A DNA stretch of 64,000 nucleotides from NCBI GenBank assembly GCA_001179505.1, contig CDMY01000698.1:186001-250000 (forward strand), read 5' to 3'. Numbering within the stretch: position 1 is the stretch's first letter; each line of letters opens with the position of its first letter. The notes beneath the pieces are model-generated. The model ran no database searches. It was not told the origin of the DNA and was given only the letters and a program-made list of their open reading frames with translations. Below are positions 38,093 through 51,145 of the stretch, one piece after another. The DNA is from Vitrella brassicaformis CCMP3155 (lineage: Eukaryota > Protista > Chromerida). The position numbers and the translations under genes were made by a program.

Positions 38093-41000
38093 CTACGTGC
38101 CCGCCCCGCCCTTGTCTCCCCCCCCAGCACCACTGTCGTGTCTGTGTGTGGATGTGCGTGCGCCGGTGTGGAACTTGGGTGCCTGCGGGACGGTGAGTGG
38201 CTTGTCAGATCGCCTGACGGGCGGGGGCGGGTGGAACACCGGTGCCGGCTTGGCCTTGGGCACCGCCTCGGCACGCAACGCCGCCCTCTCCTCGCGAAGA
38301 CGCTGCGCCTCCTCTGACTGCATACACACACACACATACACACACGTGTGGATGAGTGCGGGCGGGTGCCTGCCTGCCTGCCGCCAGCTGACTGACAGAC
38401 ATACCTGTTTCTTCTTGCGCTCAGCTTCGGCGGCGGCTTCCTTTGCCGCACGCCGGGCCTCCATCTCGCGCCACTTGGCGTTGCGACTGCACGGCAGCAG
38501 ACACATGTGTGTATGAGAGGGAGGATTCACACACACAGGTGGATGCGATGCTGCGGTGTCTGTCACCTTCCTTCACCTGTCGACTGCGAGGTTGAATGGG
38601 AGTGTCTCGGTGAGGTGGATGGATCGGGACTTCGACAGCCCCTTATCGCCGCCGGCACCACCACCACCACCACCGCCAACGCCGTGACTGTTGGCAGCGG
38701 GGGGAGGCTGCGGCCACACACATACACAAGAAAGTCGACACACACACACACAGACACACGTGTTTATTGCCTTCGTCCTGACAGCTGGCTGACCTTGGGT
38801 ATGTATGGTCTGGCTTTGAACGATGCCTGCTCGCGCTTCTTGCGCTCCTGAGCATCGACCTGACGACAGTCGAAAGTCCACACGCACGTAAGGAAACACG
38901 CGAACGAATGCGACCAGTGAGTGGTAAGGCAAGCAGCACGGACTGACCTGCTTCTGGAACTCTCGTCTGGCATACTCGTGTCGGTGCTCGCTGGACAGGT
39001 CGAAGGGCTTCGGGGCCGTCAGGGGGCGACGATCCACAGACGCCGACCGCAGGGAACTGCCGCCCTTCTTCTGCACATACACACACATCATCCGTCCATC
39101 CACACACGCGACCTTATGTGGGTGTGGGCGTGTGTGTGAGTGAGAGGTGGTAAGTGGTGGGTGGGGTGGTAGATACATACCAGTATGTTGGTGGGCACGG
39201 GGTTGGCCTTGACTTTGCGTCGCTCCGCGTGCTCCTGCTCCTCGTGGGCCACGCGAACCTCAAACTCATGACGGTAATGCTAAACACACACACCGCACAC
39301 ACATAAACACATTTCACACATGTGTGTGTAGTGGTGTGGGTGCGGGTGTGGGTGTGTTTGCCCTGCCTGTCCTCGCTGCTCTGTGGCGAGCTGGAAGGCT
39401 CTCGGGACGGTCGGCTTCCCCACACCAACACCCGCCCCCGATGCTACGCTCACATGCTCTCTATCAGATCCGTGGTCAACCTCACTCTGATGCACACACG
39501 ACACACAAAGACAGAACTCAGTCAGCACAGCGGTGAATATGACGACAAAAGGCCTGTCTCTGTCTGTGTGTGTGTCATGTGGATGTACGTACCTGTGCGA
39601 TAGGTTTGGCGCGTCCCTTGGTGGCGAGTGGGGGGGACTGGGGGTTCGTCAGATCACGGCTGCCCACCTTGGGCTCAAACAACTGCGCACATAGATAGCA
39701 CAATGACACGTGTGTGTCCATGTGTGTGTGTGTGTGGTGAACTCTTGCCATTCACCGACTGACCGGTCGTTCGAGCATTTTCTTGTTGAGGGGTCTGGCC
39801 TTGAAGTGCGCCGCCAACTCCTCCCCCTCCTGACCCCCAGCCCCACCATCCCCACCACCGCCCCCAACACCCTCCTTGCTATCACCACCGACCCCCTCAT
39901 CCATACGGCTACCCTGAACACACCACACACAACACAACACAATACAATACAACAATACCATATAACAAGCTCATCCACACACACACACACGAAAGAATCG
40001 CCTCGTGTGTGTGTGTGTGTGTTGTTGGTTGCCTCCTTTTTGTGTTTGAATGCTGCGAGTGGTGGTGTGACGGGGTCGGTCAGCTGTGGCGGGGGCACGT
40101 GGGGCACCCCCAGCGGCCGGTCTGCGCGCAGCACCTTGGGGTTGAGCGGGCGGGCGCGGAATGGCGGCATCTTGGCCATCTCATCGGCCTCCTGCTCCTC
40201 ACGGGATACAAACCTGACCAACAAATGCATTGCATTCACACACAGAGAGAGAGGAAAGACTTATCCATCTATCGACCTATCTGTGTGTGCGTGTTTGTGT
40301 GTGGTGGGTGCGTGCGTAGGTACCTACCTGGGAGGTTTGGGCGGCAGCTGTTCTGTGTGCAGGTTGAATGGCTGAGGGCACGTCAGCTTGCCCCCGCCGG
40401 CTACGCCGCCGCCCTTCCCCCTCTCACCCCTGGCCCCCTCTCCCTTGGCCTCCTCCCCACGGAGCGACCTCTCAAACTCACGCAACGTGTCAGCCAACGG
40501 CGTGTGCCTCCCGTCAGCTCCTACACCGCCCCCCACCCCCTCTCCCCCGCCCCCCGCCCCCTCCATCTCCCTGACCCGCATCTCCGTGGCAAACCGGAAG
40601 GGCACGGCGGGCGTGGGCTTGCCCGTGTAGTGGGTGGCCGCCTTGCGGTGGCGGTCGGCGTGAGAGGGGCTGGGCTGGTAGGGCCCCAGACGCACGTCGG
40701 TCGACAGGGCGAACTCCTGGGGCATGGTCAGCGGCTTGACGGACCGCTTCATGGCCTGTCCCCCCACACCCGCCAGCACACGCGGGAGGGACTTCTCGTT
40801 GAGCTGCCGCAGTCGGGCGGCCTCGGTGCGCCCCTTGTGGATCTCGCGCTGCTCCTGCAACTCACGCGACTCCTCAGAGGTGCCGCGGAGCCGGGCCGAT
40901 GTGGCGAATCGGGGGCTGTGGGGGTTGGTGAGCTTCCTGTGGTGGGGGAGGGCAGCCGGGAGGGACGCCGTGTCGTGTTTGTCATGGTCAGCATGGTCCG

Positions 41001-41643
41001 TCTTGGCATCCCCCGTCCCCCCCTCAGCATCGTGATCGTCCAGGTCTTGTGCGGCAGCTGCGCGGGTCTCCCAGGCCTCTGAGCCGACGAGGTAGAGGGG
41101 GAGGGGCTCCTCCTGCCGGAGGGCTTTGAGGACCGCCCCGTCCGCCGCCTCGACCGTGAGCCCGTCCTCCATCGACCGCTTGCTGCCAGACTGGTCCTGG
41201 TGGTAGTCCTTCTGCTCCTTCTTCTCCTCTCCTGTGGTGGTCACCTCCTCCTCCTCCTCCTCCTCCTCGGCCGTCGCTGGTGCTGATGCAGGTGAGGGTG
41301 CAGCCTCCCCAGCCTGGTGAGCCGCCTCCACGCCTTGGCCAGCCGATTGCGAGGCCTCTTCGCCGCTCTGGCGGGCCAGATCTGCCTCAGGTGCATCGCC
41401 GGGCGGGGCGGATGGCTGCTTGACGTCTGCTGCCGGTGGAGCGGGCTGCTCATGGTCTGCCGGTGGAGTGGCGTCCGCAGGGCTCTCCTGGACGGGGCAT
41501 TTCGGCTCTACTGATGGCAGCGGTGCGTCGTCGTCACCGTTGGCATGGTCTTCCTCAGCTGTTGTGTTGCTGGGTCTGTCCTCGCCATCAGTGCGCACCT
41601 TCGCCGATGGCTGCGGTGCCTCCTCCTCGGTATTCTTCTCCAT
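38093..41643 (-). CDS. TPX2: TPX2-family microtubule/spindle assembly protein
   Basis: Acidic N-terminus followed by repeated TPX2 motifs: LTMPQEFALSTDVR, PAVPFRFATEMR, LTCPQPFNLHTEQ, PFRARPLNPKVL, FKARPLNKKML, VPRAFQLATEQR, LTAPKPFDLSSEHR, FKARP, ETLPFNLAVDR, and C-terminal RAEAVPKAKPAP...KPLTVPQAPKFHT. Confidence 0.88.
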
Positions 41644-41724
41644 CGTCGTTCTCTCACGCTATGTCATCGGGGGGCGAGAGACAGATGGATTTACGGGGAA
41701 TCGGAAGATCTGCCCGGAGCCTTG

Positions 41725-44700
41725 ATGATGACGCTGGTTGCGTTTCGGGCCGTCAACTACGTGGATGAGCACAGCCGCTCTCTGGCCCTTCAGAACCGTG
41801 CGCTGACCATCTCGTCCAAACGGCCCTCCGCTTCCCTGGCCGAGTCGTCCGGTGTCAAGACCTACTACCGACAGTGCGACGCCCTCATCAAAACCACACA
41901 AGAGAAGCCTCTCGACGCCTGCACCCTCTTCAGCCTCGGCTCAGGTCGGCTAGCTGGCAAACAACGGCCGGCTACTGCAATGGGTGTGGCCACCGTGTGT
42001 GTGCGGTCCTTCCTTCCATTCTGAGCAGGCAAAACCACCACTACGGATGGTTTCCTCTTTGGCGGTGGTGTTCTGGCGTGTGCGAAGGCCACCCATGGCG
42101 ATGCCCAGAAGCCGGCCCCTCCTGCGAGCACCTGCAGCTTCGACGAGGCGGGCGAACCCCTGCTGACCATCGACGAAGCTGGTACAGTAGGATCATCATG
42201 GTGGCACGCGCGAAGGTGCAGGGGATTGTATGTGTGCGTGTATGTGGTGTCCGTCTGCCTTTTGCAATGGATGTGGAAGTGCCGCTGTTGAGGTGGGATG
42301 ATTCGCCTGCCATGGCGGCAGATGACCTCCGTGAAGGCATCTATGCCGCCAAGTGTGTGGACGACACCTATCACGGCAGAAGCAGCGGCCCGTCGGGCAG
42401 CTCAGAGATCGCACTCGCGCTCGAGGGGGTGGACATGTCCAAAGAATACACGATCCAGGTGTGTTTGCAGTGGGTGGAAGTGCCGCACTCACACCGGTGG
42501 GTGCATGGGCCGCGTCGTGTACCGCGTTGTGCCCTTCAGAGTCTGAAGGACGAGGCATCGACGGCTGATAAGACCATCTATGGCGACGAAAGCCTGCCTG
42601 AAGGTCATCAATCAATCACCCACACGAGCACCAAGACGCCCCACACTTCTAGCACGATTTTGCCGGTCCGTGCGTCAATCAGGTGAGTATGTGGATGCGG
42701 GGTGGATTGAGCTGCCCGAGCCCGTCTTCCCCTCCTTCACCACCCCCGACATGCCGGCCGCCACCCACCATGACCACGATCAGCTCCTGGGCGGCCCTAC
42801 ACACATGCTGCAGCTGGTGAGCGCGATGTACCAGTCGGTGAGTCGGGACATCGCATTGGGCGAGGGGCCGGCGGAGTGTACGGTGGACGACCTGAATCTC
42901 AAGGACCTGTGTGCCAAGGTGCGGAGGGGAGGGGGGCGCATGTGCGTGGATGAGAGAAGCAGAGCGTTGGTTGGTCTCCTTGTGGCTGTATTGTGTGGTA
43001 TGCAGGCTGTGGGTGTGGGCAAGACGGTGGTTGACGTCCTGCTGCATGAGCAGCTCCGATGTGGGGCATCGTCGTCAGAGGACGTGTCTCGCTCAGATGA
43101 CCTCAGCACTGCTGCAGAGGAATGGGGCGCCCTCTTTGACGCAGAAGGTCAGCTGTCATCATCGCGTGTGAGGGATGGATGGATGGATAGATAGATGTCT
43201 CATTCCTTCATATCATCAGATGACATCTCTGCGTTTGAGATGCCCTGTGAGGAGAAGGTGGCGGCCACATCATTCCTGTGCGAGACTGTCTTCACAGCCA
43301 CTGAGGTGCGGTATCCTCCTCCCCTCCCTGGTGCGCTTATGCGTGGGTGTTCTCTCTTTTCTGTGTGTCCAGGAGCTGAATGAGCTATGGGCGCCGCGCG
43401 ACATCGGTATCGCAGCCATGGGTTTCGACGATGGTGCGCCCCCACCACACTACACCACCCCCGAGCGTCAGAACCCTGTGCTGCTTGTGTGTGTACGCCA
43501 TGCAGTATTTCGCCAGCAGATGGCTGTCGCCAGCTGTGTCGGTCCAGAGGAGCGCAAGCACCGCGGGGAGAACGAAAAGGAGCTCAACTTCATGTCGGCA
43601 TTCAGGTCAGCCAGCACGTATGGCACCCGCACACACAAGCTTCATTCCTGGTTTGGTGCATTGCTGCAGGCCCCGCTTCCTCGAGTCCTTGACCGACTTG
43701 GCCAGTGTGGCATTCCTCGTCTCAGGTACACACACATGAGTACACAGCCACCAGCAACGAGCGAGCAGCCGGTAGATATGTATTGTGTGGCCGCCCTCCC
43801 TCCCTCCTTCCCTCCCTCCTTCATGTGTTCAGAGCGTCGTCGCTTGGATTTCGACCTGCCGGTGCCCGACAGCCTCAAGCCGATGCCCTCACGATTCGCT
43901 GACCCCATCGAACGCATGAAAAAGGGCGAGAGGGGGTGAACAGCTAAACAAGAGAGAGGCACACACCCAAACACGGACACGTATACTACATTGGGGGTGC
44001 TTCCTTGGTGCAGTTCGTTGCGTGAGAAGGCGCTTCCCCTGTGGTCGTTTGCCGATATCAAGGACTACGTCTACACCTCACTGCTCAAGACACACTCGTC
44101 AATACTCAAGGTGGGTGTGGGTGGGCCAGCCGACCCAGGCGTGCGTCTCTTCGTCTATGGCTGTCTGGTTTGTGTGCCATGCAGGTGCCATCTCTCAGCC
44201 GCCCGTTGCATCTCGAGTTTCTCCGCCTCACCGCGCCCCAAACACCCACTTCTGCGTATGCAGCCATACACACACATGACACGTGCACTGACTGACATGA
44301 GTCCACACAAGGTGTCCTTGCGTGTCAGTGCCGCTGCTGACCCTCCAGCTGACGTGTTGGACGAGGCTATTCCCTCGGTGGATGGTAAGACAATGCCCAA
44401 ACACTCACTGTAGCGAGCCGTCTACGCGTATCTCCTGGCTGTCCATTTGTGTGCTTCAGGATGCGTGTGGGACGAGAGCATCGAGGTCGCCCGACCGCCC
44501 TGCGCATTCAGTGTCTTCCAGCCACAGGCGCCCAACCAGCCCTCTCGCAAGCGCAAGTCCGAGGAGCCCCCGCCGGACGTCACCGAGGCATCCGCCGAGG
44601 CAGCCCCGCCGCCCATCCAATTGCTACCGGAGACTCACATGCAGGTGCAGGCGCAGGAGAATCCTTCCACCTCGACCCTTCCTCCAAACGAGTTGGCGAC

Positions 44701-47700
44701 CGACGTGGCCCCTGTTCGCATCCACAACGCCCCCTCACGTGCCGGCGGGCTGGATGAGGTATGACGTCGTCAGAAAGGCACACAAGAGCAAGGGAGGGAA
44801 GGGTAGCATCTTTTGCTGCTGCTGCTGTGTCGTTGGTCTGTGTGTTTGCCGGGGTGACAGTTCATGGAGTTGAGGGGTCGCAAGTCGGTGAGTGCGGTTC
44901 AGAGGCAGGACGGAGACGAGGAGTCGCCACACTCGGTGGCCGAGAGAATCGCACGCGGTGAGCAAATGGACAGACAGAACCACACAGACAGACCTACCGG
45001 ACGGAGGGAATCACGGCACCCTTTCTTTGTGACGTGTCTATCTGTGCAGGTCTGCGTCGAGGTCAGGTTCACTGGTGTTCGGATGGTGACGACTTTTGGG
45101 CGTTGGAGGGCCTCGTCGACTCGTCCATCAAACAGCTGTGGCGACACACCATGGAGGCCACACAAGGTGGCCGGGCCCATCATCGATGCGCGAGACATCA
45201 CATCATTCACACCACACCCACCACAACATGCGTCCGTCCACTGACATCTGTTGTGTGCAGAGGAGTACCTCGGCCTCCCGCCGCCCGATCTGTCGGGTGT
45301 TGACTCCCTCCTCAGCAAGTGCGAAAAGGCCATACGCGAACTGCACGAGGTAAGGTACCTGGGCGGCTGGCATCCAACCAGCGAGACACCCATCTCATGA
45401 CGGTGTCTCCCTCCCACTCCCTGCCGGGATGGATTGCCTGCAGGTGTGTGTGGGCGACGGTGGATCTGCGTCAGAGGAGACCAAGAAGCAGCTGGTGTTG
45501 TGCAGCGAGGTCTATCGCACTCTCACGGCGCTGTGGACGCTCGTTGCCATTCACGACAAACTCACGGACGCGGGCGTGTCAGAGGTCAGCCAGCCAGCCA
45601 GCCAGCATATACCTCTTCTGCAGATGGATTCGTGTTTGTCCAGGCTGTGGCGTTTGCGTCAGTGGTGTACTTGGACGGTGCCTATCACGAGATCCTCTCT
45701 GCCAACGTGTTGGTGATGGACGCACTTCGCGCCCTCTTCAGCTACCGCGAGCTCTCCTTCCCACCCAAACCCGTCACAGAACCTGAACACCTCTCCGAAC
45801 GCGTCAGTGTGCCCACCACACACACCAACGAAACGACAAATGGGATTCGGTGGTGGTGTTTTGTTGTCAGAATGATCGCGACAATGCGCTGGTGTGCAGT
45901 GGGCTGCCCTATGTGCCGTCGCCGACCGAGGCCTATCTCGCCAAGACCGACTCGCCCAAACTGCAGGGGGTGGCGAAGCTCTGCGAGAAATACCCACGGG
46001 TGCTCGTCGTATTCTCCTCTGAAAAGGTCGCCACACGTGGATTATTGGCAGCATAGCATGTCTGTCTCTGTCTGTGTGTGTGGTGGGTGCCACTGGGTGG
46101 TGTGCCGTTGCGTGCAGGTGATGGATGTGGTGGTGTCTGTGATGAAGCGTCGGTTCGACAGCAAGATGGACGTGATGCGGCCCACACTCCCCACACCCAG
46201 GAGAATCGCAATGCTCACGACCTCATCCAAAATCGCCATCCACGAGGCGTGTTTCTTCAAGACTCTCCCGGCGGCCTCGGGGAGCCGTGCAGCACTGGAA
46301 CCTGCCTTCGAGATACCACCCTCCTTCGTAAGCCACCCAACTCACCCAATGCGACAGAGAGAGAGAGACAAGAACGTCTTTGTTTGTGTGTGTGTGTGCT
46401 GGCAGGTCGTGGTGAGCTACCAGTCGCTCAACATCATCTCACATGGTCGACCAGAGAGCACTCACTCGACGCACATGATATGCCGTCACTCACCCTCATA
46501 GACGGGTTTGCCGATGGATGAATGTAGGGGACCTTCTGACGGACGCCATTCACATCTTCCTGTCGGTGCCACCGCCCACAGAGACACAACAACAGCATGA
46601 TGAGCCCAAACAGACGGCGGACGGCAAGGCCGCACAGCCGCCGTAAGCGACCAGACTACACAAACACAAAATTTAAAGGGGGCCTGCCTTGTCACCCGGT
46701 CCGTGTCGTCAGGCGTACGACCATCTTTGCCAGCATGCAGCTCATCCAGTGGCAAGGTCAGTCAGTCCACACACGCAGAGCCTCGTGCACGTAAGGAGTG
46801 CGTTAACGAAGGAATGCCTCTGTGTGTGTGTGTGTGTAGACTTCCTGCTGCGGTTGCGTGTGAAGCATGCGATAGAGTGTGAGGAGAGGGAGCAGCTCGC
46901 CTTCGCCGAGGCGGACCTCGTGCTCGGTAGGCCCACCCAGACACACACATAACACCTCCATCCATCCATCCACCCGCTGCTCATCCATCCATCAGATCAC
47001 GAGACGTGTGTGTTGTTTGTGGACATCGAGCGGTCGACCGACGAGAGCATACAGTCGGCACTCAGACAACTCGTCGACCTGCAGCTGTCCTTCCAACAGG
47101 TATGTGGGGGACTTAGTGAGGGAGTGAGTGGGTTGGCCAGCGAGACACAAGGGACACACCCTCCCTCCCTCTGCCCCATGTCTTGTGTGCCTGTGTGTGC
47201 ATGTCATGGATGCAGGTGGTGGTGGTCTTGTTCGGTAATTGGGAGCTGGCCAAATCCAGCCACCAGGACCACTTCCTCGCAACCATCTCACGACTACCAC
47301 GGTCGGTGACCATCTCATACACACACACACTGTCTCTGTCTGGTGTTGCGGACATAAATGTGTTCATCTCTGCAGGCCGTGCGCGATTCGATTTGCGAAG
47401 ACACTGGACCAGGCGGCCGACTGTGTCAGCTGGTAACCAAAGAAATGATCCGATGTGGCCACCCGCCCAACAACCAAAACATGGAGATGTCTGCAAATGG
47501 GTGGGTGGCTGCAGTGAGCTTCGTCGCGTGGAGAGTATCTGGTCTAAGCGTGGGGAGGGGGACATCTGGCGGCAGCTGCGCACATTTACACAGCGCAAAG
47601 AGACCAACCTCGAAAACGCCATGGCCATCTTACCAGGTACTTACACCGGCTGCGAGCCAACAAAGCTTCCCCTCAAACACCAAACCAACTCTTTGTGGTG

Positions 47701-48974
47701 TGGTGTGGTGTGCTGTAATGTGGTCTGCTGTGGTGTGGTGTGTATCATCAGGCCACAATTGTTTCAACGCGTTGTTGGCACTGAACGCCATGTCTGCCGA
47801 GCGCATGCCGCTGGGGGAGATCATGTCCTACGACCGTGACAGCCTCGCACGGCTCTTCCCGTGGCTCGATGAATTCGCTGTCGACGCATGCCTCGTACAG
47901 ACATCACATCATCATAGCCCACGCCCCCACATACTCTCCCTAAGGCCTCTGTTCTCTGGTGGTGTGCTGCAGGCGACTTTCACGAAGAGCATGGGTCTGG
48001 AGGTGGTGCCCTCGACAGCTATCCAGGACGACCTGCCAGCAGCAGCTGCAGCTGCAGCAACGGCAGTGGCAACAGACGACATTGAGATCGAGGGTGTGGG
48101 AGGGTTTGCCGAGGGCCTCCCCATGCACGGTCGCCCCCTGACGTCGATGCCGCACGAGTACATGCCCGGACCTGTACCTGGCCAGCCTCACCCCGCCAAC
48201 CACCCCCACGCCCCTGCTGCATCCGAGTCTGAGCCCTACAACGAGGCCTCCTACCTTTTCCCACCTCGACAGATGCCTCCCACACACACGCGAGAGCCCC
48301 CCACATCTGAACCAATGGGTGGGCGGCCGATGATACAATCTCGCCCACTTGCTGTGAGTGTCTCGTTCGTTCAGCGTTTTCCGGTCTGCTTGGGACGTCG
48401 GTCGACTTCCCATCCCCCAGGCCGATACCCCCGATGCAGCACGACGAGTACAGCCAACCAGCCGAACAGCGTGGCAACCCCTTCCACGCCACCAACCCAT
48501 TCGACGGCGAATTGCCGCCCGGCTGGTATGAGATCCCGGAGGAGCCTGGGACCTACGTGAACTGGCCAGTTTCGTCTGCTCTCGTCGACCACTGGCCCCA
48601 CAAGCAGCAGCAGCAGCGCAGCAGGGCTGCAAGTGTGGCCAGCCTGGGGGGGCCTGGCGCGTCCAGCATGACGATTGTTGACAAGCAGCAGCGGCAGGCG
48701 CCGTTCTGGGAGGCGCCGGGGCGGTCCTTCATGTCATCCATGCAGCCCGCTCGCCCTCAGCTGGATGCACACATGCCCTCCCTTTACCCGTCGGACTCAT
48801 CGCAGTACTACCCCAATCACAATCTTCCCCCGCAGCCCCCGGCCACCGACCCTCTGCCACACACCTCACCCGCACACGCAAACCCACACATCAACCCACG
48901 GTGGGTGGATGGACCAGAGATAAATGCACCTCTCTCTCTCTCTGTCAACACACGTCTCTCTCTCTCTCTCTCTA

Positions 48975-49005
<31 letters not shown>

Positions 49006-50064
49006 GGTCGTCAGGTTCCAGCAGGCTGACGTGTACAGCCCCCCTTCCAGGCGTGTGAGGCCATCGTACCACTACCAGCCGTACCAGTCATACCAGTACC
49101 AGCAGCAGCGGCAGCAGCAGCCCCCTCACTCATCGCGCGAGTACAGTGTGATGCATAACATGGCTGCTGACGGCAGTGAGGACGGGCACGTGTGCGACAA
49201 GATGCAGCGGTATGCATCGACAGTGGTGGGGGGCGGCGGGGGACGGCACACATACGACACACAGCCACCCCAATACGGCAGCGGTGAGACAGACATGTCG
49301 ATTGGCGTGGGTGACCCCTTCAGACGATTGCCCTTTTGTGTTGTCCTTGTTTCCTTGTTTTGTGTGTGTTTCAGGTGGGGGGGACTTCGTGTACGGTGGC
49401 CAATTTGCTGAGTATGAGAATCCCGTCGACCACTGGCCCCACCACCACCCCCACCATCAGCAGCAGCAGCAGTACCAGCAGCAGTACCAGCAGCGGCATG
49501 CCCACGAAGGTGCGGAGAAACCCACTGCAACCAATCATAAGTGCCTCGCTGCTGATGATGTATGTGTCCTCTGTGTCCTTGGCAGCCCGCACGCCGTTCA
49601 AGCGAGGCCGCACACCAGCCCGCAACATCCGCATCATGCAAGTCGACGGTAGACCAACCCCCCCCACCCCCACCCCCCAACACCAAAGGACCCATGGCGC
49701 TGCACCTTCAGCCCTTGTCTGTCCGTCCATTCACACACAGGTATGGATGCATATTTGCGTGAGCACAAGCCCGCCATGAGCAGCCACGGCCGCATGTCCA
49801 CGTCTGATGCACACCCCCAGCCATCCCCCGGCCGCCCAGCTGACGTTGACTTCAGCGACTTCTCCTACCAGGGCAACTCGACCAAACCGGCCAGCAAGAC
49901 GCCAGCCACGGCCGGGCGGCCACGGGCGTTCGTGCGCTTCTCCAAGACACCCGGAAAGTGAGAGAAGACGTGCAGGTCCCCGTATGCTCGATTCATTGAT
50001 GGTGTGTGTGTGTGTGTGTGTGGTTAGGCGGCAGACGAAGTTGTACTTGCAGCCGGTGCGGTGA
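41725..50064 (+). CDS. SHOC1: Large multi-exon protein; candidate SHOC1/Zip2-like meiotic crossover factor with a degenerate XPF/ERCC4-(HhH)2 domain; the 5' part may be a separate gene
   Basis: Spliced TTIFASMQLIQWQ|DFLLRLRVKHAIECEEREQLAFAEADLVL|DHETCVLFVDIE...LRQLVDLQLSFQQ|VVVVLF, then ENAMAILP|GHNCFNALLALNAM...LGEIMSYDRDSLARLFPWL, and a terminal VRFSKTPGK|RQTKLYL. These resemble, from memory, the SHOC1 XPF-like core and extreme C-terminal motif. About 30 GT-AG exons from ATG 41725 to TGA 50064. Confidence 0.6.
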
Positions 50065-51145
50065 ACCCTCTCGCATCACTCATGGCGTTTCAGGGCGTGG
50101 CGTGGCGTGGTGTGCTTCGATGAGGAACCCGATGTCCGTGTCCTTTCATGTCAGTGCACATCCAGGTGCACCCATCATGACCATCTGTGACCGACTCGCA
50201 AGTCATCGACCGACGAAACGATGAGTGAGTGAGTGGAATACGTGTGTCTGTGTGTATGTGTGTGCCTGTCTCTTGGTATTGCGCGTGTCCTTGCCCACTC
50301 GTCACTCTAGTACCACATGCCACAGACATCAGAAAAAGAACCACGCACATAGACACTGGGGGACGGCAAGAGCGAAGTGCAGTCAGTCAGTCAGTCGGCC
50401 GGCCGGCGCACACGCACAATACAACGGCACACCAGGCATGTGACCACGGCCGGCAGTGAGTCGATGCCTCGCCTCTCTGAGAATCAGCTTGCAACCAATA
50501 CAGAGAGAAGCTCATGCACCAGCCACACCACGCAGCCACCACTCCACGGTCACCGAGCAGCATGAATCAAGAGGGAGCATAGAATTGAACACACATGTCA
50601 GAAGCGAGTACCAATGCAGAGATGCAGCCACCGATAGATAAACCGCCATAAGCCAGTCGACACGCACACACACACACACACACATGCACACGGAGGGGCC
50701 GGTCGGCCGCATACACGCAGGCAGACATGGGTAGGGTATCGATGCGATTAATAAAGGAGTGAGACATGCACTGCACGGCACAGGCAGTGGCTGGCTCAGT
50801 GGGCCGTCCGTTCGCTCGGCAGTCGGTAGCGAGCGGCGGCAAAAAGGCCGCCATCTGCCGGCGACACACACGGCACTCATGGCATGGCACGGCATTACAC
50901 GGCACGGCACGGACGCACAGACGGATGAATGGACGAGAGAGACCACACGTACGCACGAGAGAAATGTGATATGACCGACCGACAAACCGACACGGCTCCC
51001 CCTCTCCCTCCCTCCCTCCCTCGGTCTACACTACACTGCACGCATCACTGCACAAGCTCAGGCAGGCCCAATAAAACACACACATAGCACAACGCAATGC
51101 ATTCAATACAACACAACACAACACAACACAGCTTACACGTCCACA
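50065..51145. repeat. Microsatellite-rich spacer between convergent genes
   Basis: (CA)n, (CAGT)n, (CACGG)n, (CAACA)n and (CCCT)n tracts; no exon chain. Confidence 0.6.

Noticed and set aside
40009-41082. 357-aa plus-strand ORF
   Set aside because: Antisense to TPX2 exon 1 and includes intron microsatellites.
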